Assembly (NCBI GenBank): GCA_965603395.1 | Contig: CBFDCV010000002.1 | Location: forward strand, 1-42,671 | Source: an uncultured candidate division WWE3 bacterium | Lineage (GTDB): Bacteria > Patescibacteriota > WWE3 > UBA101185 > UBA10185 | DNA length: 42,671 bases | Reading direction: 5' to 3' | The notes under the pieces: model-generated | The model's database searches: none | What the model was told of the DNA's origin: nothing | The model's input: only the letters and a program-made list of their open reading frames with translations | Made by a program: the position numbers and the translations under genes | In this document: piece by piece, positions 1 to 7,843 of the stretch | Position numbering within the stretch: position 1 is the first letter of the stretch | Layout: each line of letters opens with the position of its first letter

Positions 1-1
1 A

Positions 2-631
2 GCTGTAGACACAGTTGTTTTTACTGTATTAAAGGTAAAACTATCAGTACTGCTCATTCAAATAAATATGGGTCCATATAAAGATAAATGGGCAGTTCCC
101 GGTAGTTTAGTAAAAGAAAAAGAGACTCTGGACGAAGCTGCTGTGAGAGTATTAAGTGAAAAGGCCAATCTAAAAAACATATTCTTGGAGCAGCTTTACA
201 CATTTGGGGATCCGGATAGGGATGTAAGGAGTAGATCAGTCTCAGTGGCATACTTTGCTCTGATAAGTTCTCCTGAAAAATTGGAAGTTTCAACTTTAAA
301 ATATTACAAAGGAACTGAATGGTTTCCCATCGAAAAGTTACCTGAGCTGGCCTTTGACCACAAAAAAATCATTGGAACAGCACACAAAAGATTAAAAGGA
401 AAGTTATCATACACAAACATAGCCTACTCACTACTACCGGAAGAATTTACTCTAACTCAATCACAAAAAGTATACGAAGTAATTTTAGGTAGGCACTTGG
501 ATAAAAGAAATTTTAGGAAAAAAATTAACTCGTTGGATATTGTTGAACAATTAGATAAAAAACAAACCGATGTAATTCACAGACCAGCCACTCTTTATAG
601 GTTTAAGAATAGGGAATTAGAGGTATTCTAA
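2..631 (+). CDS. NrtR-like Nudix-domain regulator (5' end outside window)
   Basis: The frame is open from base 2 (AVDTVVFTVLKVKLSVLLIQIN precedes the first Met at 68), so the window edge cuts the N-terminus. The Nudix-fold core has a degenerate Nudix box (GSLVKEKETLDEAAVRVLSEKANL). A C-terminal winged-helix-like segment follows (FTLTQSQKVYEVILGRHLDKRNFRKKI...HRPATLYRF). This is the NrtR layout. Confidence 0.7.
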   Translation, partial: AVDTVVFTVLKVKLSVLLIQINMGPYKDKWAVPGSLVKEKETLDEAAVRVLSEKANLKNIFLEQLYTFGDPDRDVRSRSVSVAYFALISSPEKLEVSTLKYYKGTEWFPIEKLPELAFDHKKIIGTAHKRLKGKLSYTNIAYSLLPEEFTLTQSQKVYEVILGRHLDKRNFRKKINSLDIVEQLDKKQTDVIHRPATLYRFKNRELEVF

Positions 632-646
632 GCCACAGACACAGTA

Positions 647-675
647 TTTACAATATATGGAACCTATAGTATAAT
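647..675 (+). promoter_or_regulatory. sigma70-type promoter for the 728..2317 gene
   Basis: TTTACA (647-652), a 17-nt spacer, then TATAAT (670-675). It lies about 50 nt upstream of ATG 728, which has its own strong SD (AAGGAGAGGAG, 711-721). Confidence 0.5.
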
Positions 676-727
676 TACTCTGTTGACAAATAAATAGGAA
701 ACTACAAAAAAAGGAGAGGAGAATAGA

Positions 728-2317
728 ATGTCTAGGAATCGATCATTACGTAGACGGAGAGATGGAATATCATTAGGACGCATTTCGCTAGGTGTTTTAG
801 GTGTTGCGCTTGCTTTGAGTTGTTTTATCTTTTGGAGAGGTTTAGGACCTATCCACTGGGTAATCTACAGGTTTTATAGCAACCCTATAGCATCAATAAG
901 CTTTATGGCTATGGTTGCGGCATTCATTGTAGCATTCGTTAAGTTTTGGAATACCAGTACAGGGAGTATCGCATATGCACTTCTTGGTATAGCGAGCGGG
1001 TTTTTCTGGGTTTGCTGGTTATTTATTAGCCAGCCAATCATGAAGGTTGGTCTGTATCAGAATACTGATTATCAAGCAACTGAGCAACTTGTTCACGTGG
1101 TTGAGCCCAGGCCTGTAGGTTATGCAGAGGCCACAACAAATTTCAGAAATCAAAACCCTGAAGCGCGCTTTGGCCCAGGAGATCTGGATTATGTGAGAGG
1201 TGAGTGGCTTGCCGAATTTGGTCCCGCTACTATTTGGAACTATTTAACGGCACCAACCCAAGGGTTTTTTGTCTATAAACCCCAAGAGCAAGATAAGGTC
1301 CAGATTGTCCGTCAGGAAATGCCTTTTGCTGAGTCCGGTTGGTTGTGGAATTCAGCTGGCTATTTTATTCACCAAAAAGATCCGTTTGTAGAGTTTCATG
1401 AGATTCTTTACATTAAAGATCAGGACGGTGGGTATATGGCTATGGTTTCTCTAATCAAGAGATCAGGTTGGCGAAGAGTGCCCTATGTTTCCACTATTCT
1501 GCTTATTCACGCGGACGGAGAGACAGAGTGGTTATCGCCCCGGCAGGCCAAAAATGACGAACGCCTTTATGGTATTCAACTTATACCAGAGTGGTTATCC
1601 CGTAAAAAAGTGGAAGCCTATGGATGGCAAAATGGGATTTGGGAAGGAATGATCTCAAAGAGAGGTAGAATTCAGGTTCAACAAAGCCAAGTGAATGAGG
1701 AAAACTCTGCACCATATCATCTTGAAACTCCTGATGGAGCTATGTGGTTTACACCTTTTGGTCCGTTAGGAAAAGAGTCTTTGAAGGGTATTATGATGCA
1801 GGACTCTCACGATGTCGCAGAACCCATCCTTGTGTGGAAATTACCCGGTGACCAGGCGTACCAAGGCGTAGACGCTCTAGCCACTGAAATTAAGGCCGCG
1901 CCAAATCACCCAGGAGATATTAACTGGCTTAGGGTAAGCAACGTAGAGGGAGGGTCCACCAGAAGCGGTGACACCGATGTCATTGAGATGATTCCTGTGC
2001 CCCACTTGGAAGGCGATCGCATCGTCCTACACTTTATGGGATATGTTGCTATCGATCCTCCGGTGAATACGCGCTTTTATACGATTATCAATGCAGAAAC
2101 GCGCGAAGTACTGGAAGATGTTTATTCAATTGATGAGGTGACCGCCTGGTTGAACGGCGCAAAAGAACTTTCTGTTCAGACTGAGAAAAACGATGTTAGT
2201 CAGGAATCTTCGTATGATGCGGATCCCTCCGACGACCTATCTGGTATGTCTGAAGAAGAGCTCCTACACCTTCTAAAACAGATCGCAGAAGAGCTTGAAA
2301 AACGTTCAGGAGAGTAG
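728..2317 (+). CDS. hypothetical membrane-anchored protein with large soluble domain
   Basis: 529-aa ORF with a strong SD. It has an Arg-rich N-terminus, 3-4 hydrophobic helices in the first ~105 aa, a ~400-aa soluble region and an acidic C-terminal tail (DADPSDDLSGMSEEELL). I recognise no family by eye. The DNA is visibly more G+C-rich than the flanking genes. Confidence 0.75.
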   Translation: MSRNRSLRRRRDGISLGRISLGVLGVALALSCFIFWRGLGPIHWVIYRFYSNPIASISFMAMVAAFIVAFVKFWNTSTGSIAYALLGIASGFFWVCWLFISQPIMKVGLYQNTDYQATEQLVHVVEPRPVGYAEATTNFRNQNPEARFGPGDLDYVRGEWLAEFGPATIWNYLTAPTQGFFVYKPQEQDKVQIVRQEMPFAESGWLWNSAGYFIHQKDPFVEFHEILYIKDQDGGYMAMVSLIKRSGWRRVPYVSTILLIHADGETEWLSPRQAKNDERLYGIQLIPEWLSRKKVEAYGWQNGIWEGMISKRGRIQVQQSQVNEENSAPYHLETPDGAMWFTPFGPLGKESLKGIMMQDSHDVAEPILVWKLPGDQAYQGVDALATEIKAAPNHPGDINWLRVSNVEGGSTRSGDTDVIEMIPVPHLEGDRIVLHFMGYVAIDPPVNTRFYTIINAETREVLEDVYSIDEVTAWLNGAKELSVQTEKNDVSQESSYDADPSDDLSGMSEEELLHLLKQIAEELEKRSGE

Positions 2318-2367
2318 TAACTTAGTAGTTTCTTGAGAGAGTTGTGTTTTACGCTTTCTCACACAAA

Positions 2368-2406
2368 CCCCTTGTACGGTTCACATTACCTGCAGGGGGT
2401 TTTTTC
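2368..2406 (+). terminator. possible intrinsic terminator between convergent genes
   Basis: CCCCT (2368-2372) can pair with AGGGG (2394-2398), followed by GTTTTTT (2399-2405). The stem is short and the loop long, so this is weak. Confidence 0.3.
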
Positions 2407-4013
2407 TATATTTTCTCGGCAAAAATGACCACATTGGTGGGTGGATAAGGTAGAGGATTCATTTCTTTATCGAACAATTCAGCGCAATTTTTATAGCGGT
2501 TTTCAATAACCCAAGGATTTGTCATTAATCCGGAACCGTTTCTTATTCTAAAACCAATTTTCTCAAGCTCACTCTTCCAATCGTCAAAGTCCCAAAAACA
2601 GAAGGTTTCATGCATTTCGCTATACCAGTTATCTGTGTAGTCTTTTTTACCTAAAAACTCTATAGCATCTCTTAAACTCAACTCAACATATTTTCTATCG
2701 TCTTTTTCTAAAACGTTATGTTTAAGCTCATATCCTTCTTCCTTTCTAAAATCCTGTGCAAATCTTAAAAACTTAGTATAAGTGGAAAGCCCACTAAGAA
2801 GCTCACTAACCTCCGTACCTTTATTATCATCGAAAACCCTGTTCCAGCCCTCATCAGCCCCGTCTTTGTCGTTTAGCTCCATTAAAATAGGTGAATCTTT
2901 ATTTTCAGGCCCTATAACATCATAAATAATTAAAGTACCGCCGGGGGCCAGCTGATCGTACATTCTCTGTAAAAAGCTTAATAAAGTTTCTCTTCCCGAA
3001 TAACTCTCAAGTTCATGAGCTAAAGAAAAAGCGGTAAAAGTGTCTACGGAATTATCAGGGAATATTTTTCTTTCGATGATATTTCTATGGTAAAAAAAGA
3101 CATACTCACTGCTAAACTCACCATTCTCTTTTCTTTGCTGGCAAATCGAATAGAGCTGCCTGGAGGCTTCAATACCGTACAGATCCGATTCCTGTAAGTT
3201 AGTGTCCTCACTCATTTGTTTGATTATCGAACCTGTGGCACATCCTATATCCACAATCTTTCCGTTTTTTATATATTCTTTGATGTAGGCATATTTTCTA
3301 TCAGCACCCCTATCAAAAGATTTTATGTACGTGGTGTAATCTCTGGTGTCCGTGATATCTCCGTCGTCTCCTAAAATCGGATCATTGAATAGCTCAATGA
3401 TAAGGTCTCCATAATCATATTTTAAAAAAAGATCTCTGCTAGCCTTGGCGGTTTTGGTGAGAAAGTTTTGATCAGTTCTCCAGTCTTTACTTTCTTTGTT
3501 TGCTTGTACGATAAGTTCCACAATTTCCCAAGTTCTTTCCGTGTGATAAGAAGGAGGATCTCTTTTTTCAAGTTCTAAGGGGAGAATTTGGAAACCAAGT
3601 TTTTCATACATTTCTATTACGCTAGGTGTGGAAACTGCTATTACGCAATTCTCCGGAGCAAGGTTATGCTTTCCCAAGCTATTTACATTTATGGTTTTTA
3701 AGACATACTCAGCAAATTTTGGTGTATATGCCAGGTCATTAATAAGATAAACAAAAGTATCACCGTTTAAATTGTCACCGAATCTTTCAGCAGCAACTTC
3801 TCTGCGGTGCCCCGGAATAGGGTTTCTTCTTGTGTTGCTGTGATTGGCGCTAGTTACAGCCCAAATGACTGTATCAATTTTATCCGATAATTTTAGTGGT
3901 TTACTATCCAAATCCTTTAATTCTCCGGGAGGAGTATTTAAAAGCGTTGTCAAATAGGTTTCTTGAAAGTTTGATAATAAATGATGCCTGCCGGGAACTA
4001 ATACATAAGACAT
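2406..4013 (-). CDS. class I SAM-dependent methyltransferase with N-terminal nucleotidyltransferase-like domain
   Basis: The C-terminal half has SAM-MTase motif I (KIVDIGCATGSIIKQM) and downstream elements (LYGIEAS, DTFTAFSLAHEL, LAPGGTLIIYD). The N-terminal ~230 aa has nucleotidyltransferase-like strings (VLVPGRHHLLSNFQ, HSNTRRNPIPGHRRE) that I cannot place in a family. Confidence 0.6.
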   Translation of the reverse strand: MSYVLVPGRHHLLSNFQETYLTTLLNTPPGELKDLDSKPLKLSDKIDTVIWAVTSANHSNTRRNPIPGHRREVAAERFGDNLNGDTFVYLINDLAYTPKFAEYVLKTINVNSLGKHNLAPENCVIAVSTPSVIEMYEKLGFQILPLELEKRDPPSYHTERTWEIVELIVQANKESKDWRTDQNFLTKTAKASRDLFLKYDYGDLIIELFNDPILGDDGDITDTRDYTTYIKSFDRGADRKYAYIKEYIKNGKIVDIGCATGSIIKQMSEDTNLQESDLYGIEASRQLYSICQQRKENGEFSSEYVFFYHRNIIERKIFPDNSVDTFTAFSLAHELESYSGRETLLSFLQRMYDQLAPGGTLIIYDVIGPENKDSPILMELNDKDGADEGWNRVFDDNKGTEVSELLSGLSTYTKFLRFAQDFRKEEGYELKHNVLEKDDRKYVELSLRDAIEFLGKKDYTDNWYSEMHETFCFWDFDDWKSELEKIGFRIRNGSGLMTNPWVIENRYKNCAELFDKEMNPLPYPPTNVVIFAEKI

Positions 4014-4019
4014 AGTCTG

Positions 4020-4025
4020 ATTTTA
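4020..4025 (-). promoter_or_regulatory. -10 box placed for a leaderless transcript of 2406..4013
   Basis: On the minus strand TAAAAT is followed by 6 nt (CAGACT) and then ATG (4013-4011). There is no SD. Confidence 0.4.
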
Positions 4026-4082
4026 CATTAAAGGGCATGGGCAAGGAACAGCACGGTTTTACTAGAAGTTAATCGAATAAGA

Positions 4083-4088
4083 TATAAT
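4083..4088 (+). promoter_or_regulatory. -10 box upstream of the 4089/4095 start
   Basis: An exact TATAAT directly abuts TTG 4089. The in-frame GTG 4095 lies 6 nt downstream. There is no SD. Confidence 0.35.
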
Positions 4089-5555
4089 TTGAGTGTGCTA
4101 AAAAGAGGTTCACGGACATTTTACCTGTGCCTACTTTTGTTAGCAGTTTGTTCCGGATTTCTAAGGGCTAACATTGGTACCTATGGCTATGCAAAAGATG
4201 AAGCAGCTACATTAACGTACATTAAAAAAGGCACCAACACTTTCTTAAAGGAGTTTATCTTCAAAACCAAAAGACCGCCCCTTCAGTACCAATTAGCGCA
4301 AGCAATGTCTGTATTGGGCGCAGATTTGGATAACGAGTTTGTTATGCGTTTACCATACACATTAGCGGGGTTTTTAAGCTCTATTGTCCTATTTCTATAT
4401 ATAAATAGGCTTACGGCTAACCCGCTAACCGCCGTTACGGGGGCACTTTTATTTGCTGTAAACGGATTTACGGTTGGTCTTGGAAAGATAGTTCAATATC
4501 ACTCCTTTGTAATGTTATTTTCAGCGATCTCTCTTTATCTGTTTTATTCTTATTCAAAAAGTAGCCATCTTAAGACGTTGATGTTGGGCGTATTGGCATT
4601 TTCCGTTGGTTTTTATTTTCACTGGGATATGATATACATCGGGCCTATCATCCTAGTATACTTTTTACAAGGATTGAAAAAACCCCATGTTTTACCCTTT
4701 TTAATTAGTATACTGCCGCTGCTTTTATTGTATTTAATCCCCTATGTTTTAGTCTCAGGGGAAACCGGTACGGTAGATTATTTGCTGGGTAGAGCTGGGT
4801 TAGCCGGAGACATATCTATACAAGAGAGGCTTGAGAACTATAGGTTTCTGATAAATTTATACAACCCATTTTTATTTTTTAATTTCCTTATCTTTACACT
4901 TGCGTTTTCAGTATTTTCGATAAAAAAGGAACGTTTTGAGTATTTGTGGCTAGCAATTGTAGTATTAGTATTTTTGTTTTTCATCAAAAGTTCCGGAACC
5001 CATATTTATACTGTTTTAATTCCTTTGTTTGTATGTTTTTCATTAGCGCTTGATTGGGTTTTAGAGAAAACGAGAAAGGTTGGGTATGTCATTATTGGAG
5101 GGCCAATTTTAGTGCTGATAGTGTTTTTTACATACCAAAGCTATATGTTATTCGTTGATTTGGAAAAAGAGTACCCATGGCAGCGCGAAGCTTTTTTTAA
5201 CGGATGGGAAACAACGGAATACACACATGAAAATTCGTCCAGATATATGATCGGATTTCCTATTAATCGGTATTTTAAAGAGGCCGCATCTGAGCTTAGA
5301 AAAACGTACCCTGACTATGAAGAATTCACTTTTGATACAAATGAAAACAATAAGATTGCAGAATTTTATCTTGAACTTGATAAAGAGGCTTCGGATAAAA
5401 TGTTCCTTTTTGCTGTTAAAGAACCCGCCAGCTTTGTCACCGATACAGGACTTGGTAGATATAGGAATAAGAAGGAGGTTTTGAAGTTAAAAAACGATGA
5501 GGGTCGTACAATGAATAAGGTTTATGTGTGGTATAAGGAGGATTCTGAAAATTAA
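4089..5555 (+). CDS. polytopic GT-C-type (ArnT/PMT-like) glycosyltransferase candidate
   Basis: 488-aa ORF with 10 or more hydrophobic helices. The first loop carries KDEAATLTY, a D-E motif typical of GT-C glycosyltransferases, and the C-terminal domain is soluble. The start is uncertain: TTG 4089 or in-frame GTG 4095. Confidence 0.6.
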   Translation: MSVLKRGSRTFYLCLLLLAVCSGFLRANIGTYGYAKDEAATLTYIKKGTNTFLKEFIFKTKRPPLQYQLAQAMSVLGADLDNEFVMRLPYTLAGFLSSIVLFLYINRLTANPLTAVTGALLFAVNGFTVGLGKIVQYHSFVMLFSAISLYLFYSYSKSSHLKTLMLGVLAFSVGFYFHWDMIYIGPIILVYFLQGLKKPHVLPFLISILPLLLLYLIPYVLVSGETGTVDYLLGRAGLAGDISIQERLENYRFLINLYNPFLFFNFLIFTLAFSVFSIKKERFEYLWLAIVVLVFLFFIKSSGTHIYTVLIPLFVCFSLALDWVLEKTRKVGYVIIGGPILVLIVFFTYQSYMLFVDLEKEYPWQREAFFNGWETTEYTHENSSRYMIGFPINRYFKEAASELRKTYPDYEEFTFDTNENNKIAEFYLELDKEASDKMFLFAVKEPASFVTDTGLGRYRNKKEVLKLKNDEGRTMNKVYVWYKEDSEN

Positions 5556-5617
5556 CTGAGTTCTCGCTTAAATTTGAAGCTTTTTTCAAAGGTAATTATC
5601 ATGATTTGATTTTGTCG

Positions 5618-5640
5618 TGGTCGGGGTGGCCGGACGTCGA
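5618..5640 (-). repeat. duplicated 3'-end fragment of tRNA-Pro(CGG)
   Basis: TGGTCGGGGTGGCCGGAC (5618-5635) matches the CCA/acceptor/T-stem end of the tRNA at 5729-5746 at 18 of 18 positions. After a 1-nt insertion, TCGAA also matches. Downstream there are only scattered matches (CTCAC, CTGAG). No 5' acceptor strand and no T-loop are present. Confidence 0.75.
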
Positions 5641-5728
5641 AAGACGCTCACTTCGTTCGCTGAGTTCTTGTCCGTCCACTACCATACAAATTTGAAAAAC
5701 CACCTAAAGGCGGTTTCCAAATTTCCAC

Positions 5729-5804
5729 TGGTCGGGGTGGCCGGACTCGAACCGGCGGCCTCACGAACCCGAATCGTGCACTCTTCCAACTGAGCTACAC
5801 CCCG
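5729..5804 (-). tRNA. tRNA-Pro (anticodon CGG), CCA encoded
   Basis: The reverse complement folds as a cloverleaf. Acceptor stem CGGGGTG/CACCCCG, anticodon stem CACGA/TCGTG with loop TTCGGGT (anticodon CGG), T arm GCCGG-TTCGAGT-CCGGC, discriminator A and 3' CCA. Confidence 0.9.
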
Positions 5805-5884
5805 TTAATTAAAAAAATACTAGATCGTAAATTAAATATATTACATAAAGATCACAAAACAAGCAAAATTCCCTAAAATATCTA

Positions 5885-5890
5885 TATAAT
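5885..5890 (+). promoter_or_regulatory. -10 box placed for a leaderless transcript of 5897..6445
   Basis: An exact TATAAT is followed by 6 nt (GAATAC) and then ATG 5897. There is no SD. Confidence 0.4.
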
Positions 5891-5896
5891 GAATAC

Positions 5897-6445
5897 ATGA
5901 TTTATTTACTGCTCAAAGTCATTTGGCTGGGACTCCCAGGTGCCATGGCTGATTTAACCCCGCCTTTAGCTTTTAGACTCTTCCCAAAACTCGGGGCTCC
6001 TTTAGATTTAAAAAAACGTTATAAGGGAAAAAGGATATTTGGGTGGGAAAAAACGGTGAGCTGGGTAGTGACAGGTCTGATTTTTGCGCATCTTACTTAT
6101 ATTTTTCAAACCTTCACAATTATTAAAAATTCAAACATACTATTTTACGATATAAAACCCAGCCTATTTGATCTTCCCTGGTACTACGGATTAGCTATTG
6201 GTTTGGGTGCTCTGGCTTTTGACATTGTAAAAAGCTTTTTTAAAAGACAAAAAGACATTAAACCGGGACGTCCGTGGTTCCCCTGGGACCAAATTTCTTG
6301 GATCATAGGCGTAGTCGTCATTCAGAGTTTCTTTTTTAATACCGGTACGACTTATATAACGCTGTCATTTGTTGCAGGCATAACACTACACTTGTTAGTG
6401 GAAATGTTTAAACGTTTTGTAAAAGCAGAAGAAACTATAATTTAG
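5897..6445 (+). CDS. CarS/DUF46-like (CDP-archaeol synthase family) membrane protein
   Basis: 182-aa protein with about 5 TM helices. LPGAMADLTPPLAF ... GAPLDLKKRYKGKRIFGWEKTVSWVVTG follows the hallmark layout of the CarS/DUF46 family as I remember it (aN..P....P.D....G.r.lG..KT..G). Not verified by a search. Confidence 0.45.
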   Translation: MIYLLLKVIWLGLPGAMADLTPPLAFRLFPKLGAPLDLKKRYKGKRIFGWEKTVSWVVTGLIFAHLTYIFQTFTIIKNSNILFYDIKPSLFDLPWYYGLAIGLGALAFDIVKSFFKRQKDIKPGRPWFPWDQISWIIGVVVIQSFFFNTGTTYITLSFVAGITLHLLVEMFKRFVKAEETII

Positions 6446-6446
6446 C

Positions 6447-6677
6447 TTATCTTAAACCTTCAAGTTTGCTTTCTACACTCTTCAGAACCTCATTTTCGAT
6501 TTCCAGCTTATAGACCTCCATTTTTACATCATTAAAATCTGCCTGGTCAACAATTTTTTGATATTTTACTCCAAGGCAAAAGCCAATAAACGGCATGGCT
6601 ATAAATAAAGCTAAGGCTATTCCTTTGGAAAGAGGCGTAACTTTATGAGGATCGAATTTTTTCTTTTTGAACAGCAT
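6447..6677 (-). CDS. small single-pass membrane protein, hypothetical
   Basis: 76 aa with a Lys-rich N-terminus, one TM helix (GIALALFIAMPFIGFCLGV) and a short coiled-coil tail. TATAAT plus 6 nt plus ATG lies upstream on the minus strand (box at 6684-6689). Confidence 0.6.
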   Translation of the reverse strand: MLFKKKKFDPHKVTPLSKGIALALFIAMPFIGFCLGVKYQKIVDQADFNDVKMEVYKLEIENEVLKSVESKLEGLR

Positions 6678-6683
6678 GTATAA

Positions 6684-6689
6684 ATTATA
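6684..6689 (-). promoter_or_regulatory. -10 box placed for a leaderless transcript of 6447..6677
   Basis: On the minus strand TATAAT is followed by 6 nt (TTATAC) and then ATG (6677-6675). There is no SD. Confidence 0.4.
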
Positions 6690-6742
6690 TAGTTTTTTAA
6701 TTCGTAAATCAGATTTCCTATTAATATAGGAGGTGATTTTGT

Positions 6743-7075
6743 TTGAAAGTATTTAAGAAAGTGGGAGTTAAATCCTTTGCTAAGTTTAATTTGTATTATA
6801 TGGGTGTCATGGGCTTGGTCTTTGGTCTGTTTGCCGGTGTTCCCATATTGTTATTCGGACCTTATTCAAATGAGTTTGGAGCAGGGATGGGCAGAATAAT
6901 GGGATTGGCATTTTTGATTGGTGCACCACTGTTTTACGGTGTTATGGGCCTTGTTTTTGGGTATTTGGGAGGATTACTTCTTAATTTTATATTGAAAATA
7001 TCCAGTGGAATTGAAATGGAATTTGAGGATGGAAGAGCAACTGAAGTATCAGAAAAAGAGGATAAAATTAATTAA
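6743..7075 (+). CDS. small Gly-rich membrane protein, hypothetical
   Basis: TTG start with SD GGAGGTG (6729-6735) 7 nt upstream. Three predicted TM helices and an acidic C-terminus. Confidence 0.6.
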   Translation: MKVFKKVGVKSFAKFNLYYMGVMGLVFGLFAGVPILLFGPYSNEFGAGMGRIMGLAFLIGAPLFYGVMGLVFGYLGGLLLNFILKISSGIEMEFEDGRATEVSEKEDKIN

Positions 7076-7240
7076 ATTAGAAGTTTTCTTGTTGGTCGAG
7101 AAGGAGCGATGAATCTTGAACAGTTTTTACCACTTGCAGAATCTATATTTGAGAATTGGGATATTGAGAATTTTGATGAGAGTTTGTTAGTATCCGTAGG
7201 TGTGGGAGTGGAACACGAGTCTTTTTATAAGTATTAGCAT

Positions 7241-7263
7241 AAAAAACGACCCCTTTCGGAGTC
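7241..7263 (-). terminator. intrinsic terminator (minus strand)
   Basis: The minus strand reads GACTCC-GAAA-GGGGTC followed by TTTTTT (plus strand AAAAAA-C-GACCCC-TTTC-GGAGTC). It lies ~125 nt downstream of the stop of 7390..7632. Confidence 0.6.
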
Positions 7264-7389
7264 ATTCTTTCTCTTGAATTAACAACTTTTAGTTATTACC
7301 TCAAGAACTCACATTTAAGATTAGTTTCACATCTAATCACCTTTGGGGTATACCCGTTGGCTGTGTCTCTGTGGGGGTCATTAGAAAAT

Positions 7390-7632
7390 TCAAACTAGAA
7401 GCATTGCTCCAATGTTAATCACACCTAATACAAGGGCGATAATCATTAGTGCAATCCCAATAACTTTCTGCGTAGCGTTGGCCTTCTTTTGGTAATTGCC
7501 TCCTACTGCTAGGAACATCATACCAATAGCCACATACATAGCTCCAATCGGAAAGTTATTGCTTCCGATGACCCAGAGAATCCCACCGAAGTTCCAGATT
7601 ACTGCAACAAGTTCCCAGATTATGTAAGACAT
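7390..7632 (-). CDS. small 3-TM membrane protein, hypothetical
   Basis: I chose the internal ATG (MSYIIWELVAV...). It has AAGGAGG 6 nt upstream, and a good promoter lies inside the longer ORF-track version (7390..7752). Confidence 0.65.
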   Translation of the reverse strand: MSYIIWELVAVIWNFGGILWVIGSNNFPIGAMYVAIGMMFLAVGGNYQKKANATQKVIGIALMIIALVLGVINIGAMLLV

Positions 7633-7681
7633 TTCGTCCTCCTTGATTTGTTTTAGCCGAGGGATAATTGCAACTAACCAC

Positions 7682-7710
7682 ATTATACAGCAGTTTTCTC
7701 CCGCAATCAA
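7682..7710 (-). promoter_or_regulatory. sigma70-type promoter for 7390..7632
   Basis: On the minus strand: TTGATT (7710-7705), a 17-nt spacer, then TATAAT (7687-7682). It lies ~50 nt upstream of the SD-preceded ATG at 7632. Confidence 0.5.
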
Positions 7711-7843
7711 TGCTATAGGGTATCGATACAAAATTAAGACAAATGCATCCAAAACAAGGGCTATAGGTACTGTTAAAGTCTCAAAGTGATTAAAAATGCA
7801 GGTTTTATGTCGTTAAAGACACCTTATACGACAACAAAAAACC

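Noticed and set aside
5641-5700. Possibility that the tRNA-Pro-like fragment is a complete second tRNA or tmRNA-like gene
   Set aside because: No matching 5' acceptor strand (CGGGGTG) is present. The T-loop is destroyed by an insertion (GACGTCGAAAGACGC instead of GACTCGAACCGGCGG). No 7-nt anticodon loop can be drawn.
7109-7237. 42-codon ORF (MNLEQFLPLAESIFENWDIENFDESLLVSVGVGVEHESFYKY) preceded by AAGGAG
   Set aside because: The SD is only 2 nt from the ATG, which is too close. I cannot assess conservation. It is kept only as a note under the non-coding-gap finding.
7633-7752. Long form of the 7390..7752 ORF
   Set aside because: An AAGGAGG SD precedes the internal ATG at 7632, and a TTGATT, 17 nt, TATAAT promoter lies inside the extension.
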